The notes under the pieces: model-generated
Told to the model about the DNA's origin: nothing
Database searches by the model: none
The model's input: only the letters and a program-made list of their open reading frames with translations
Source of the DNA: Sandaracinaceae bacterium
Lineage (GTDB): Bacteria; Myxococcota_A; Polyangia; Polyangiales; Sandaracinaceae
Assembly: GCA_045106715.1 (NCBI GenBank)
Contig: JBGCFC010000009.1
Location: 128,001 to 192,000 of the forward strand
DNA: 64,000 bases
Reading direction: 5' to 3'
Translations under genes and position numbers: made by a program
Part shown: positions 47,660 through 58,075 of the stretch, in pieces
How positions within the stretch are numbered: position 1 is the first letter of the stretch
Layout: each line of letters opens with the position of its first letter

Positions 47660-48559
47660 CTACCGTTCGAAGCCGTCTTCGGTGACGGAGCCGACGGGGG
47701 GCGGGGGTTTCGGCCCGAAGAGAAATGCGATGACCACGCTGATCCAGTAGAAGACGTTCAGCGGGACGGCCATCAGGAGCTGCGAGCCGGGATCCGGCGG
47801 CGTCAGGAGCGCAGCCAGGACCACCGAGATGAGCAGCCACCAGCGCCCGAAGCGCACGAGCTGCTTCCAGTTCAGGACGCCGGCGAGGCTGAGGAACGTG
47901 ATGACCACGGGCACCTCGAAGGTCACCCCGAAGGCCACCAGGAGGCGGGACGTGAGCGTCAGGTAGCGCTCCATGGTGACCATCTCCGTCAGCTCGATGT
48001 GCGAGCCGACGTCGCCGCCGTAGCCGAGGAAGATCTGGTACGCGAGCGGCAAGACGAGCGTGAACCCGAAGTACACGCCGATCGTGAACATCACCGTGGA
48101 CGACATCACGAACGGGATCGCGAGGCGCTTCTCCTTGCGATAGAGGCCCGGCGAGATGAACGCCCACAGCTGCCAGAACACCCATGGGCTCGCGAGCAGG
48201 AGCCCCACGATGGCCGACATCACCAGGTAGGCGATGAACGGGTCCATCGGGCCTGTGTAGTGCAGCGGGACCCGGGTCACCTCGATGCCGTGACCGAGGG
48301 ACAGCGGCTCGGTGAACCAGTGCCAGAGCGTGCTGGCGCTGAGCTCCTGCTCCTGGTGCGCGCGGTTCCAGGGGATGGCGAGCCAGTCGAAGACCACCTC
48401 GCGGAAGCCCCACCCAACGGCCATGCCGGGCGCGATCCCCAGAAGCGCCCGGATCAGCCGGGTGCGAAGCTCGATGAGGTGCTCGAAAAACGTCATCTCG
48501 ACGTCGTCTTCGGGCTCCTTCTCCGGGGTCTTGGAGTCGGCTGACGCGGTCTTCGCCAT
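47660..48559 (-). CDS. tatC: Twin-arginine translocase subunit TatC
   Basis: 'MTFFEHLIELRTRLIRALLGI' followed by six TM helices typical of TatC. Confidence 0.85.
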   Translation of the reverse strand: MAKTASADSKTPEKEPEDDVEMTFFEHLIELRTRLIRALLGIAPGMAVGWGFREVVFDWLAIPWNRAHQEQELSASTLWHWFTEPLSLGHGIEVTRVPLHYTGPMDPFIAYLVMSAIVGLLLASPWVFWQLWAFISPGLYRKEKRLAIPFVMSSTVMFTIGVYFGFTLVLPLAYQIFLGYGGDVGSHIELTEMVTMERYLTLTSRLLVAFGVTFEVPVVITFLSLAGVLNWKQLVRFGRWWLLISVVLAALLTPPDPGSQLLMAVPLNVFYWISVVIAFLFGPKPPPPVGSVTEDGFER

Positions 48560-49347
48560 CAGTCTTCCCCTCGCGCTTCAGGCGTGTCGGGCTCCTCGGC
48601 GCTCACTGCGGTGTGAACCGCGGCCAGCTTGGCGTCGATGATGCGCTGGCGGGTGGCTTCGTCCACGGGCTCGGCGCTGGGCGACCAGGCGGAGGCGGCG
48701 ACCTTGCGGTCGATGATGCGCTGGCGTTCGTCTTCGTCGATCGGGGTCGGCTCCCCGACGGGCCCATCGCCGTGCTCTCCGCCCTGTTCCGCGGCGGCGA
48801 TCTTGGCCTGCACGATGCGATCGTGCTCGTCGTCGTGTTCCGGGAGCCCGGCCGCGGCGTTCTTGGCGCGGATGATCTCCTGCCGCGCCTCGTCGTCGAG
48901 GCCTTCATCCCCCTTCGCGGCGAGCTTCGCGTCGACGATGGCCTGTTTCTCGGCGCGAATGCGGTCCGCCTCCTCCGGCGAGGGGCGCGTGAACGCATCC
49001 TCGGCCTCCACAACGTCGACGCCTTCCTCCGGAAGCTCCCGCGCGCGCTCGGTGAACCCGAGCAAGGGCTTGTTCGCCCCCGCGAAGCCCTGCTTGCCCT
49101 GCTTGGCCACGGCTTTGCTCACGGGCTTTGCCGGCGGCACGTAGAGCGGCTTGCGGAGCGCGTTCAGCTCCTCGTCCCGCAGGATTTCGTCGATGCCCGT
49201 GCTCGCCCGCAGGTCGCGCGTCGCCCGCTGAAACTCCCGGTAGCCCTTGATGGCCGCCTTGAGCAGGTTGGGGAGCTTCTTGGGGCCCACTGCGATCAGC
49301 AGGACGATCCCGATGACGATGAGCTCAGTGCCGCCGATGCCGAACAT
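48559..49347 (-). CDS. tatB: Twin-arginine translocase TatA/TatB-family protein (TatB-like, with long charged repetitive C-terminus)
   Basis: 'MFGIGGTELIVIGIVLLIAVGPKKLPNLLKAAIKGYREF' is the TatA/B N-terminus. Length and internal 'R(I/Q)I.AK.AA' repeats suggest TatB. It overlaps the tatC start by 1 nt. Confidence 0.75.
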   Translation of the reverse strand: MFGIGGTELIVIGIVLLIAVGPKKLPNLLKAAIKGYREFQRATRDLRASTGIDEILRDEELNALRKPLYVPPAKPVSKAVAKQGKQGFAGANKPLLGFTERARELPEEGVDVVEAEDAFTRPSPEEADRIRAEKQAIVDAKLAAKGDEGLDDEARQEIIRAKNAAAGLPEHDDEHDRIVQAKIAAAEQGGEHGDGPVGEPTPIDEDERQRIIDRKVAASAWSPSAEPVDEATRQRIIDAKLAAVHTAVSAEEPDTPEARGED

Positions 49348-49422
49348 GAAAAATGACCGACCGGGTTGTAGCACCCCCACGCGGGGGACGCGATGACGGG
49401 GTGATGACGACCGGCTCGATCC

Positions 49423-51321
49423 TCAATCGTTGGAGGCGTCGCGAAGGCGCTCCGCCGCCCGGCTCAGCTCGCGCATGTGGGCTTCGTAGTTCCGCGTCAG
49501 CTCGTGGATGCGCTTGACCGCGGCGAGCGTCTGCTCGGACCCCCGCGCCTGGGCGCGCTGCGACTGGTGCAGCTCGTTGACCATCCCGCTGATGTTCTCG
49601 ATCGACTGGCTGATCTGACGGCCGCCCCGCGCCTGCTCTTGCGAGCTGCGTTCGACGTGCTGCGTGATGAGCCGCATCTTCTCGGCGCTCTTCATGATGA
49701 GCTCCGAGCCGCGCGCCTGCTCGGCGGTGGCCGCGGCGATCTGCTGGACCGTCTCGGCGATGCGCCCGATGGCGTCGGTGACCTGCTTGGAGCCCTTCGC
49801 CTGCTCGACGGTGGCCCGCGCGATGGCGCGCACCATGCTCGTCGATTTCTGGGACGACGAGAGGATCTTCTTCAGGGCACGCTCCGCCTCAGCGCTGACC
49901 TCGACGCCGCGATCGACCGTCTCCGCGCCCAGCTCCACGGCCGCGATGCCCTTCTTGGACTCGGCCTGAATCGTCTTGATGAGCTCGGCGATCTCCTTCG
50001 TGGAGGCGCCCGCTCGCTCGGCGAGGTCCTTGATCTCGTCCGCCACCACGGCGAAGCCCTTGCCGTGCTCGCCCGCCTGGGCCGCGATGATCGCCGCGTT
50101 GAGCGCGAGCAAGTTCGTCTGCTCGGCCACGTCGTCGATGACGTTGAGGATGTCGCCGATGGCCTCGATCCGACTGCCGAGGTTGCCGATGACCTGCACC
50201 GCCTCGGAGCTCGTCTCCTTGATGCGGTTGATCTCGTTGATCGTCTTCAGGATCGCCTCCGCGCCGCGCTCGGCATCGGTGGCCACTTCTTCAGACAGGC
50301 GCGCCGTCTCGTTGGCGTTCGACTGCACCTGGTCGATGGAGACGTCCATCTGGTTCATCGAGGAGCTCGTCTCCTCGGCGGTGAGCGAGAGCGCGTCGAC
50401 GTTCCGAGCGACCTCCTTGATGGAGTAGGTCATCTCTTCGATGGAGCTGACCGTCTCGCGCACGCTGTTGGCCAGGTTGGCCATGTTCTCGGCGACCTCG
50501 TCGTTCGTCGCGGTCATCTCGAGGATGGAGCTGCTGCTCTCCTCGGCGTTGGACGCGAGCGCCTCGACGTGCTGCGAGATCTGGTGGAGCGCCGTGCTGA
50601 TCTCCTGCATGGAGCCCATCGTCGACTCGACGGCCGACATCTGCTCGCCGAAGCCCGAACCCAGCTTCTCGACGTGCTCGGCCACCACGTGCTCGGCAGC
50701 GCGGACGTGGTCCCGGGTGCGGGCGATCTGACTCTGGAGTTGCTCCAGCTCCCCGAGCGCCTCGCCCGCGCGCTTCATGGCGGCGGCGTGCGACTCGACC
50801 TCGTCCTCGAGGCGGGCCTCGACCTCGAGCACACGCGCCTGCGCGGTCTCGGCCTTCTGGTGGAGGGTGTCGAGCTCCGCCGGGTTGGCGGCGCGACGTT
50901 CGGCCTCGGCCAGCTCCGCGCGGATCCGGCTGCCGTCCTCGTCGAGGCGCTCGATCGTGCGTCGGAGCTCGCCCTCCTGCTCCCGGGCGCGCTGCTCGCC
51001 TTCACTGACGCGGCGCACGCGGCTCGACGCGTCGCGGAGCGCCTCCCAGACCCGGTTGTATGCGGGATCCAAGCTCCCCGGCCGGCTCAGCTCGAGCCCT
51101 TCCGAGGCGTCGCGGATGGCGCTGTTCAGCTCCTCCGGCGGCTCGCTCTCCATGCCCATGGCGATCGCGATGCCGCCCAGAGCGGCCATCAACCACGCGA
51201 CCAGTTGGCTGGTGTGGGTGCCGAGTCGTTCGGGGAAGGCCACCGCGAGCAGGCCGAGGCCTCCCACGACGACGCCTGCCCACAGAAATCGGCTACGCGC
51301 CAGCTTCGTCAATCCGTCCAT
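49423..51321 (-). CDS. Methyl-accepting chemotaxis protein
   Basis: Highly conserved signalling-domain core '[53 protein letters not shown]'. N-terminal TM helices. Start taken at 'MDGLTKL'. Confidence 0.85.
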   Translation of the reverse strand: MDGLTKLARSRFLWAGVVVGGLGLLAVAFPERLGTHTSQLVAWLMAALGGIAIAMGMESEPPEELNSAIRDASEGLELSRPGSLDPAYNRVWEALRDASSRVRRVSEGEQRAREQEGELRRTIERLDEDGSRIRAELAEAERRAANPAELDTLHQKAETAQARVLEVEARLEDEVESHAAAMKRAGEALGELEQLQSQIARTRDHVRAAEHVVAEHVEKLGSGFGEQMSAVESTMGSMQEISTALHQISQHVEALASNAEESSSSILEMTATNDEVAENMANLANSVRETVSSIEEMTYSIKEVARNVDALSLTAEETSSSMNQMDVSIDQVQSNANETARLSEEVATDAERGAEAILKTINEINRIKETSSEAVQVIGNLGSRIEAIGDILNVIDDVAEQTNLLALNAAIIAAQAGEHGKGFAVVADEIKDLAERAGASTKEIAELIKTIQAESKKGIAAVELGAETVDRGVEVSAEAERALKKILSSSQKSTSMVRAIARATVEQAKGSKQVTDAIGRIAETVQQIAAATAEQARGSELIMKSAEKMRLITQHVERSSQEQARGGRQISQSIENISGMVNELHQSQRAQARGSEQTLAAVKRIHELTRNYEAHMRELSRAAERLRDASND

Positions 51322-51395
51322 CGGTCCCTCGGGCCGCCAAAGATGGCAGGGGGCCGAGGGTACCCGCCGGGGGCTTTTCCCTGCAACATGCTGAC

Positions 51396-52346
51396 ATGGC
51401 CCCACATGGAGATGGTCGGCGCGTGCCTGGAACCTCGCTCACCGTCTCCCCGGTTGCGCTCGGGTGCTGGGCGCTCGGCGGCGAGGGGTGGGGCGAGGAC
51501 ATCAGCGAGGCCCAGGCTGACGCCACCGTGCAGGCCGCGCTCGCGGCGGGCATCACGCTCTTCGACACCGCGCCGATCTACGGGCGTGGCCAAGCCGACC
51601 GACGCCTCGCCCGCGCGCTGGGCCCCCGCATTCACGAGGTGGTCGTCGCCACCAAGGCGGGGCCGCGCTTCGAAGGGGACCATCCGATCTCGGATCTGTC
51701 GGCGGAGAACCTTCGGCGGGACGTCGAGGGCAGCCTCGCGCGCTTGGGTCTGGCGTGTCTCCCGCTGCTGCAGATTCACTGGCCCTGCGAGCAGGGGACG
51801 CCGCTCTTGGAGAGTCTCGAGGCGCTCGAGCGCCTGCGCGAAGAAGGCTTGATCGCGCACATCGGGCTCTGCAACTACGGTCCGGACGCGCTGGAGGAGG
51901 CGCGGCGGGCGGGCCACCGCGTGATGTTGCAGACGCCGCTGTCGTTGGTTCGGCGCGACTACGAACACGGGCTGATGGAGGCGGCGCGGGCGACCGAGAC
52001 ACCCGTCCTGGCCTACGAGCCCCTCGCGCGCGGCATGCTCACCGGGAAGTTCCGCGCGCTGCCGACGTTCCCCAAGAACGACGTGCGCCACGACGACCCC
52101 CGCTTCTGGGCCGCCCGCTTCGGCCACTTCGCACCCCGGGTCGAGCGCCTCCGGCAGATCGCGAACAAGGTCGACGCGAGCCCCGCGGCCTTGGCGGTGG
52201 CCTGGGCAGCCAGCCGTCCCCGCGTCGTGTCTGCATTGGCGGGGGCCAAGAGCCCCGAGCAAATCCGCGAGAGCGCCGAGGCCCTGTCTCTGCTCGCGCG
52301 GCCGGGTGCACAGCGGGTCTTGGACGCCGTCGGTCGCGCGGTGTGA
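51396..52346 (+). CDS. Aldo/keto reductase
   Basis: '[15 protein letters not shown]', '[16 protein letters not shown]' and 'IGLCNY'. The start is at '[12 protein letters not shown]'; the longer track ORF would overlap the MCP promoter region. Confidence 0.8.
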   Translation: MAPHGDGRRVPGTSLTVSPVALGCWALGGEGWGEDISEAQADATVQAALAAGITLFDTAPIYGRGQADRRLARALGPRIHEVVVATKAGPRFEGDHPISDLSAENLRRDVEGSLARLGLACLPLLQIHWPCEQGTPLLESLEALERLREEGLIAHIGLCNYGPDALEEARRAGHRVMLQTPLSLVRRDYEHGLMEAARATETPVLAYEPLARGMLTGKFRALPTFPKNDVRHDDPRFWAARFGHFAPRVERLRQIANKVDASPAALAVAWAASRPRVVSALAGAKSPEQIRESAEALSLLARPGAQRVLDAVGRAV

Positions 52347-52389
52347 GGTTCAGCCCGAGACCCCCGGCCCTGTTTCGCGCGACGCGGAC

Positions 52390-53766
52390 TCATCTCCAGC
52401 GAACGAGTTCGGTGGGGCCGGGCGCGGGCGGCGTGCTCGCTAGGCCAGCGCTTCTCCAGGGGCTCACGACCGAAGGCGCGGAGAGCGGACGGATGAAAGA
52501 GACCGCCTCCACGGTGCCGGCTTGGCCGTCCGGGCGGACCAGAGCCATGTTGGTGCCCACGTGGAGCTGTGTGCCGAAGCGCAGGACGCGATCGAGGATG
52601 CAGTGGATTGCGTAGCCCGGCTGGCTGATCGCGGGGAGGCGTGTCGCGGCGCCTCGAGCGCTCACCTGGGTGATCTCGAGGGAGCGTGAATACAGCGTCT
52701 CTCCCCGGCTCACGGGGCCGAGCTCCGGGGACTCGCGCGGGTGTTCCGCCGCGTGCGTGAGGCGCTCTTCCCCGATGGGCTGGACGACGAGCGCGAGCGG
52801 GCCGGGTTGGCCCTCGGCAATGCGCGCCGACCGCCCCGCCAGCCGCCGGCTGAAGAGCACGTTGCCCGACGGATCGAGACCGACAAGTTGCTGTTCTCGC
52901 GGGATGCCCTGCGCGGGAGGTTGGGTCGTGAGGAGCGCGAGATCCCCCGTGTCGTAGACATGCAGACCGCTGAGCGTGTCCGCGCCGCGCCCGCCCATCG
53001 TGAACGCGCCGAGAGGCTGACCGCGTGCACTGAAGCGCTGCACGGCGATGTCCCAGTCGCCGTTCGAGCGCAGGATGCGGCGCCCATGTCGGAAGGGGTG
53101 GCGGAACTGCCCTGCGGTCGTCAGCGTGCCATCCGGCGACACGACCATGTACGCCAGCGCGTCTCCAGGGATGCGACGCGCCCACTGGACTTGCCCCTGC
53201 GGGTCGACCTCGGCGAGGAACGTGTTGAAGCGACGAGGGCCCGCGAATCGATGGCCGGCAATGCGGACGGGACCGCGAAAGTAACTTCCCCGCAGCAGCG
53301 TCGTGCCCTGAGGCGTGGCGATGAGCTGGAGATCGGTCCCGTCGTTGTCGAGGATCGGCAGCCGCCACCGCTCTTGGCCGTCCGAGCCGATCGAGATCAC
53401 GACGGGGCCGGGGAGGTGCCCGCTGATGAGTGCGCCACCGTCCGGAGTGGGCACCATCGAGGAGACGTGTGTCGACGTGTTGGAGCCGCGAAACACACGG
53501 TGCCAAAACGGCATGCCGGCCGAGTCGACCCGCGCAAGCAAGGTGTTGCCGTACCGGCCGGGTTCGTCGAGCGAGCGGCCCCCCAGCACCGCCGGTCCGT
53601 CGAAGTCGACCGCCAGGAGCATGTCGCCTCCCGTCAGGGGAACCGAGGCACCCTGCACGTGGGACAGGCTCCGATCGACCGAGACCGGGACGCGCAGCGT
53701 GGTCTGGGCCCCGACCGAGGACGGCAAGAGGAGGAGGAGGAGTGAACACCAACCGTAGACGCGCAT
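52390..53766 (-). CDS. Secreted hypothetical protein (beta-propeller-like repeats)
   Basis: Signal 'MRVYGWCSLLLLLLPSSVGAQT'. Recurring 'D/PDG..L' strands throughout. Confidence 0.45.
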   Translation of the reverse strand: MRVYGWCSLLLLLLPSSVGAQTTLRVPVSVDRSLSHVQGASVPLTGGDMLLAVDFDGPAVLGGRSLDEPGRYGNTLLARVDSAGMPFWHRVFRGSNTSTHVSSMVPTPDGGALISGHLPGPVVISIGSDGQERWRLPILDNDGTDLQLIATPQGTTLLRGSYFRGPVRIAGHRFAGPRRFNTFLAEVDPQGQVQWARRIPGDALAYMVVSPDGTLTTAGQFRHPFRHGRRILRSNGDWDIAVQRFSARGQPLGAFTMGGRGADTLSGLHVYDTGDLALLTTQPPAQGIPREQQLVGLDPSGNVLFSRRLAGRSARIAEGQPGPLALVVQPIGEERLTHAAEHPRESPELGPVSRGETLYSRSLEITQVSARGAATRLPAISQPGYAIHCILDRVLRFGTQLHVGTNMALVRPDGQAGTVEAVSFIRPLSAPSVVSPWRSAGLASTPPAPGPTELVRWR

Positions 53767-53907
53767 GCTGGGTGGGACGCATGGGCGGCGGTTTTAGTCT
53801 ATTGTTTGCGGGTAGTGTTTTGTGCGTTTGACTTGAGTGGTGGGCAATTGGCAGCGCCCCCCGGGCATCGCAATGCGACGAGGGGCGCTCCTCTCTCCTC
53901 GGATTCG

Positions 53908-54987
53908 CTACCTGGCAGCGACGACCGTCGGGCCGACCTCGGGGTCGCGCTGGAAGAGCACGCTTCGGTAGTTGACGCTGCGGCTGACCCCGAGCGTGAG
54001 GTCCTGACGTCCCGCGGTCCCCGAGCGCGCGAAGCCTTCCGACAGGTCCCGGTGCAGCATGCCGAGTGTCATCGGGCGGCCCTGACTGCGGGAGACGACC
54101 TCGGCCAGGTGGTACGAGAGATAGCCGCCCGCCTGGTGGCGGTTCGCGACGTACGAGACCTGGTCCTCGCGAGACGCGTAGAGCCCGGCGGTGTTGGGCA
54201 GCCGCGCGAGGTCCTGCTGGAATCCGCCGGAGTAGCAGGAGTCGAGCGCCGCGACGGCGCGGCCCGCGGTGGGCGCGAGCATCTGAGCGAGGTCGTCGTC
54301 GAGCACCGGTCCGTCCGCCAACACGATGGTCTCGTCCTGTCCGTCCCGCTCGTCCCCGCTCCGGTCGGCGACGCGGTTGCCGTGTCCGGAGAAGAAGAAC
54401 ACGAGGGTGTCGTTTGGCCCCATCCGCCGCGCGAAGCGCTCGATGGAGCTCGCCACGGCGGTGCGTGTCGCCTGGCGGTCACGGAGCACCACGGAGTCGA
54501 GGGGGGAGAGGATGCCCGCGTTGACGAACGCCTGCTGCACGCGGATGGCGTCGTCGGCGCAGTAGTCGAGGTCGTTCTGGGAGGGGTAGTCGCTGATGCC
54601 CACGAACACGCCGTAGGTCCGGCCCGCCTCGCCGCTCGGGACCGCGGGCAGCTCTGCGGCTTCACTCGGGGCCTCGGGTGCGGCGGCGGGGGCCCACGGC
54701 GCCGGCATGGGCGCCGGCTGGATGACCTGAGGCTGGATGACCTGAGGCTGCACCGGTCCACGAGGGATCGGGAGCCGGTCGGCCATCGCGTTGGGCACAC
54801 GGATCGCCGGGAGCAACCCCGGCACGGAGACGGTGATGCCGTTCGCATCGCGCTGGATCTGGGGGATCGCGATGGGCGTGCCTTGGAGCGCACGTGCCTG
54901 CTGGGCCTCGACGCCGGCCGGAGCGATCACGAGGACGGCAGCCGCCATCACCGCCACGAGCGCCGTTCTGCCTGTCTGCCAACCCAT
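53908..54987 (-). CDS. Secreted caspase-family (peptidase C14) protein
   Basis: Signal 'MGWQTGRTALVAVMAAAVLVIAPAGVEAQQ'. Pro-rich linker containing the tandem 'PQVIQPQVIQP'. Catalytic His 'LVFFFSGHGN' and Cys 'LDSCYSGGF' dyad motifs. Confidence 0.7.
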   Translation of the reverse strand: MGWQTGRTALVAVMAAAVLVIAPAGVEAQQARALQGTPIAIPQIQRDANGITVSVPGLLPAIRVPNAMADRLPIPRGPVQPQVIQPQVIQPAPMPAPWAPAAAPEAPSEAAELPAVPSGEAGRTYGVFVGISDYPSQNDLDYCADDAIRVQQAFVNAGILSPLDSVVLRDRQATRTAVASSIERFARRMGPNDTLVFFFSGHGNRVADRSGDERDGQDETIVLADGPVLDDDLAQMLAPTAGRAVAALDSCYSGGFQQDLARLPNTAGLYASREDQVSYVANRHQAGGYLSYHLAEVVSRSQGRPMTLGMLHRDLSEGFARSGTAGRQDLTLGVSRSVNYRSVLFQRDPEVGPTVVAAR

Positions 54988-55126
54988 CACATGAACCTCC
55001 TGCCCCTCCACCCATGCGGGTTTCGTGCCAGGTCCATCGGGCCCGACCTGAGAGCTGGCTCGTACGGGGGTGTGACCGTGCGTTGGCGGTTGGGAAACAA
55101 CAGACCCCAGCGGACGGTGACCCGAT

Positions 55127-56476
55127 TTGCGCGAGCGGCGCCACGGACCCGGCATGCGACGACGAACTCTGCTCCGCACCTTGGGCATGGGCGCCCTGGC
55201 GCTCCCGTTTGCGGGCTCGATCGGCCGACTGGCCCGCGCGACCCCGGACGCGATCCCGACCCGGCTGATCCTCTGGCCCTCGCTCAACGGCGCGCGTCCC
55301 GATCTCTTCTGGCCGTCCGGCGGGGGGATGAGCCTCGTGACCGAGCCGTTGGCGGCGTTTCGCGACCGGATGACGTTCGTGCGCGGCGTTGGCATCGAAG
55401 GCTCCGAGAACCACTACGCCGTGCGCAGCATGTTCAGCGGCGACCCCATCTCGGACTACGCGTCGCCCGACCCGACGCACCGCTCGGTCGATCAGGTTAT
55501 CGCCAACACGATTCAGGCGACCGCGCCGACCGCTGAGCGCTCTCTGCACCTCGGGGTCATCCCGGCCGACGCGATCGAGTTCTATCAACAGTTCGGACGC
55601 TCGACGTTCTTCTTCGATCCGACGCCTGTCGACTACGAGGCCAACCCGGTCAGCGCGTTCGACCGGCTGCTCGCGCCACTCGGGGGCGGCGCGCCGATGC
55701 CGATGCCCGAAGCGGGGCCGGATCTCCGGGGCGCGGTGCTCGACCTCACGTCTGCTGAGCTCGCGGACCTTCAGGGGCGGGTCTCCGGGCTGGAGTCCGA
55801 GCGGGACAAGCTCGCGCGGCATGCCAGCGCGCTGGAGGGCCTCCGCTCGGGCGGTGGATCGAATCCTGGCACGCCCCCGGTGGTGCCTCCGGCGGTGTGC
55901 GACGCCACCCCGCTCGCGAGCGTCGAGGCGCTCCGGCCCCACTTGATGGACGACGACCGCGCGGCCTACCGCCATGAGTATTTCGACGGAGTGTTCGACG
56001 CGCAGGTGGACATTCTGGCGCGCTCCGTGGTCTGCGGATTGACCCGGGTGGCCACGCTGCAGGCGGGGTCGGCGGACGGGAACGTCATCGTACCGACGGA
56101 GGGTGGCCACCCGCATCACGACACCTCGCACGGCGACCAGGAACTCTTCGCGCGCATGCAGCGTTGGTACGCCACGAAGTTCCATCGCCTGCTCACGCAG
56201 CTCGATGTCGAGGACCCGCTCTGTCCGGGCCGCACCGTGCTCGACAACTCCTGCGTGGTCTGGCTCAGCGAGTGCCTGCCCTCGAGCCACGGATCGGACG
56301 AAGTGCCCTGCATGTACGTGGGTGGCGCGGGCGGCCAGCTCGTGACTGGCACGCAGATCAACGCGGGCGGCGCCGGCAACCGCGCGTTCCTCAAAACGCT
56401 CTGCCACGCCTTCTCGGTGCCGGACGGGGACAGCGCGCATTTCGGTGGGACCCGCATCTCGGAGCTGTTGGCGTGA
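55127..56476 (+). CDS. DUF1552 domain protein with twin-arginine signal
   Basis: 'MRRRTLLRTLGMGALALPFAG' (alternative start at 55154). Family features 'YAVRSMFSG' and 'SHGSDEVPCMYVGGAGG'. Confidence 0.6.
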   Translation: MRERRHGPGMRRRTLLRTLGMGALALPFAGSIGRLARATPDAIPTRLILWPSLNGARPDLFWPSGGGMSLVTEPLAAFRDRMTFVRGVGIEGSENHYAVRSMFSGDPISDYASPDPTHRSVDQVIANTIQATAPTAERSLHLGVIPADAIEFYQQFGRSTFFFDPTPVDYEANPVSAFDRLLAPLGGGAPMPMPEAGPDLRGAVLDLTSAELADLQGRVSGLESERDKLARHASALEGLRSGGGSNPGTPPVVPPAVCDATPLASVEALRPHLMDDDRAAYRHEYFDGVFDAQVDILARSVVCGLTRVATLQAGSADGNVIVPTEGGHPHHDTSHGDQELFARMQRWYATKFHRLLTQLDVEDPLCPGRTVLDNSCVVWLSECLPSSHGSDEVPCMYVGGAGGQLVTGTQINAGGAGNRAFLKTLCHAFSVPDGDSAHFGGTRISELLA

Positions 56477-56487
56477 GGGGCGGCTGG

Positions 56488-58062
56488 ATGTTCGCCCTCG
56501 CCCTCGTGGGGTGCAGCGCCCAAGTCACCGAGCCGACGTACTCCTACGGGGAGACCGCCACCGGCCGGATCTGCGATCAGGCTGAGGACGCACCGGGCGC
56601 GCCGGTGCTCCGCCGTCTGACGGGGCCGGAGCTCGAAGCCACGGTCCGCGCGGTGTTCGAGCTCGATGCTGGCGCGTGGTCGGGGCCCTCCGTGCCGCCC
56701 GACCCGGCGAGCGCGGACGGCTTGCCCAACAACGCGGCGCTCCTGCGCGTCAACGCCACCTACGCGTCTCGCTTGCAGGAGACCGGCGAAGCCGTGGGCG
56801 AGGTGATGGCGGTCCGGGACGCCTGCGTCCCCGATCGCTGCGTCGACTCGTTCCTGGAGCGCTACGGTGAGCGCGCGTACCGAAGGCCGCTCACCGATGC
56901 AGAGCGTCAGCGGTTCGTCGATCTGCACGAGCTGACCGAGGGCGATGACACGCTGTTCGTGCGATGGGCGACGTCCGCGCTGGTTCAGTCGCCGCACCTC
57001 GTGTACCGCGCGGAACTCGGCGACTCCGAGGACGGCGGGTTCACGCTCGACGACTACGAGATCGCGACGCTCATGGCGTACGGGTTGACGGGCGCGCCGC
57101 CCGACGACGCGCTGCGTGCGCTGGCCGCCGCCGGGGAGCTGTCCGACCTCGACCGCCGGCGCGAGGTCGCCGAAGGGCTCGCGTACGATGCGGATGGCGC
57201 GGTCCGCCCGGCGTTTCGCGCCCAGGTCCTCGCCTTTGCCCGCGCGTGGCTCGGGCTCGCCGCGCTCGACAACGTGGGCCGCGACCCCGCGCAGTTCCCC
57301 GACTGGTCGCCGGAGATCCGCACCGCGATGCGCGAAGAAGTCGAGGCGTACGTCGAGCGCGTCCTCATCGAGGAGCGAGGCAGCGTGCAGGCGCTGTTCG
57401 CCAACGACCGCTCGGTGGTCTCCCCCGAGCTCGCCGCGTTCTACGGGTGGCCCAGCTCCGGGAACGTCGCGCGGCCGGAGGGTTGGGGCACCGGGCTGCT
57501 CTCGCTCGGCGGGATCCTCGCGATGGGCGCGACGAGCGTCTCGACGAGCCCGACCCAGCGCGGCTACTTCGTGCGGACCCGGGTCCTTTGCGGCGAGGTC
57601 CCGCCGCCGCCCGCGGTCGTCGGTGAGATCCCGGAACCGGGCCCGTCACGCACGACGCGCGAGCGCTACGAGTCGATTCACGCCGCGGTGCCGCAGTGCG
57701 CCGCGTGCCACCGCCTGATGGATCCGATCGGGTTCGGGTTCGAGCACCTGGATGCGACCGGACGCTACCGCGCCGACGAGAACGGGCTCCCCATCGATGA
57801 CTCGGGCTTCATCGAGGGCGACACCGGACGCACGCCCTTCGAGGGCCCCGATGAGCTGGTGTCCGTGTTGACCGAGGACCCGTCCGTAGGCGCGTGCGTC
57901 GGCTCGTTCCTCACCGCGACGATGTTTGGAGTGTCGCGCCTCGAGGCCCAGTGCCTGGCGCCCGCCGCCCATGCCGCGCTGTCCGAGCCCGATGCCCCCC
58001 TGATCGATCTCTACGTTGACCTGATCGTGAGCGGACACGGCGACCGCCGGGTGGCGCCGTGA
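56488..58062 (+). CDS. DUF1592/DUF1588/DUF1585-type lipoprotein (PSD1-like, heme-binding-like CxxCH motif)
   Basis: Lipobox 'MFALALVGCSAQ'. 'AAVPQCAACHRLMDPIGFGFEHLDATGRYR' is the conserved DUF1585 motif. It lies downstream of the DUF1552 partner. Confidence 0.6.
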   Translation: MFALALVGCSAQVTEPTYSYGETATGRICDQAEDAPGAPVLRRLTGPELEATVRAVFELDAGAWSGPSVPPDPASADGLPNNAALLRVNATYASRLQETGEAVGEVMAVRDACVPDRCVDSFLERYGERAYRRPLTDAERQRFVDLHELTEGDDTLFVRWATSALVQSPHLVYRAELGDSEDGGFTLDDYEIATLMAYGLTGAPPDDALRALAAAGELSDLDRRREVAEGLAYDADGAVRPAFRAQVLAFARAWLGLAALDNVGRDPAQFPDWSPEIRTAMREEVEAYVERVLIEERGSVQALFANDRSVVSPELAAFYGWPSSGNVARPEGWGTGLLSLGGILAMGATSVSTSPTQRGYFVRTRVLCGEVPPPPAVVGEIPEPGPSRTTRERYESIHAAVPQCAACHRLMDPIGFGFEHLDATGRYRADENGLPIDDSGFIEGDTGRTPFEGPDELVSVLTEDPSVGACVGSFLTATMFGVSRLEAQCLAPAAHAALSEPDAPLIDLYVDLIVSGHGDRRVAP

Positions 58063-58075
58063 GTGCGCTCCGGGG

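Noticed and set aside
52013-53782. 589-aa minus-strand ORF and the 334-aa plus-strand ORF at 52741-53745
   Set aside because: These are alternative frames or antisense of the secreted beta-propeller gene (52390-53766). The chosen frame has a signal peptide and balanced composition; the others are R/G-rich.
54662-56440. 592-aa minus-strand ORF
   Set aside because: It is antisense to the DUF1552 gene and overlaps the caspase gene out of frame, with R-rich composition.
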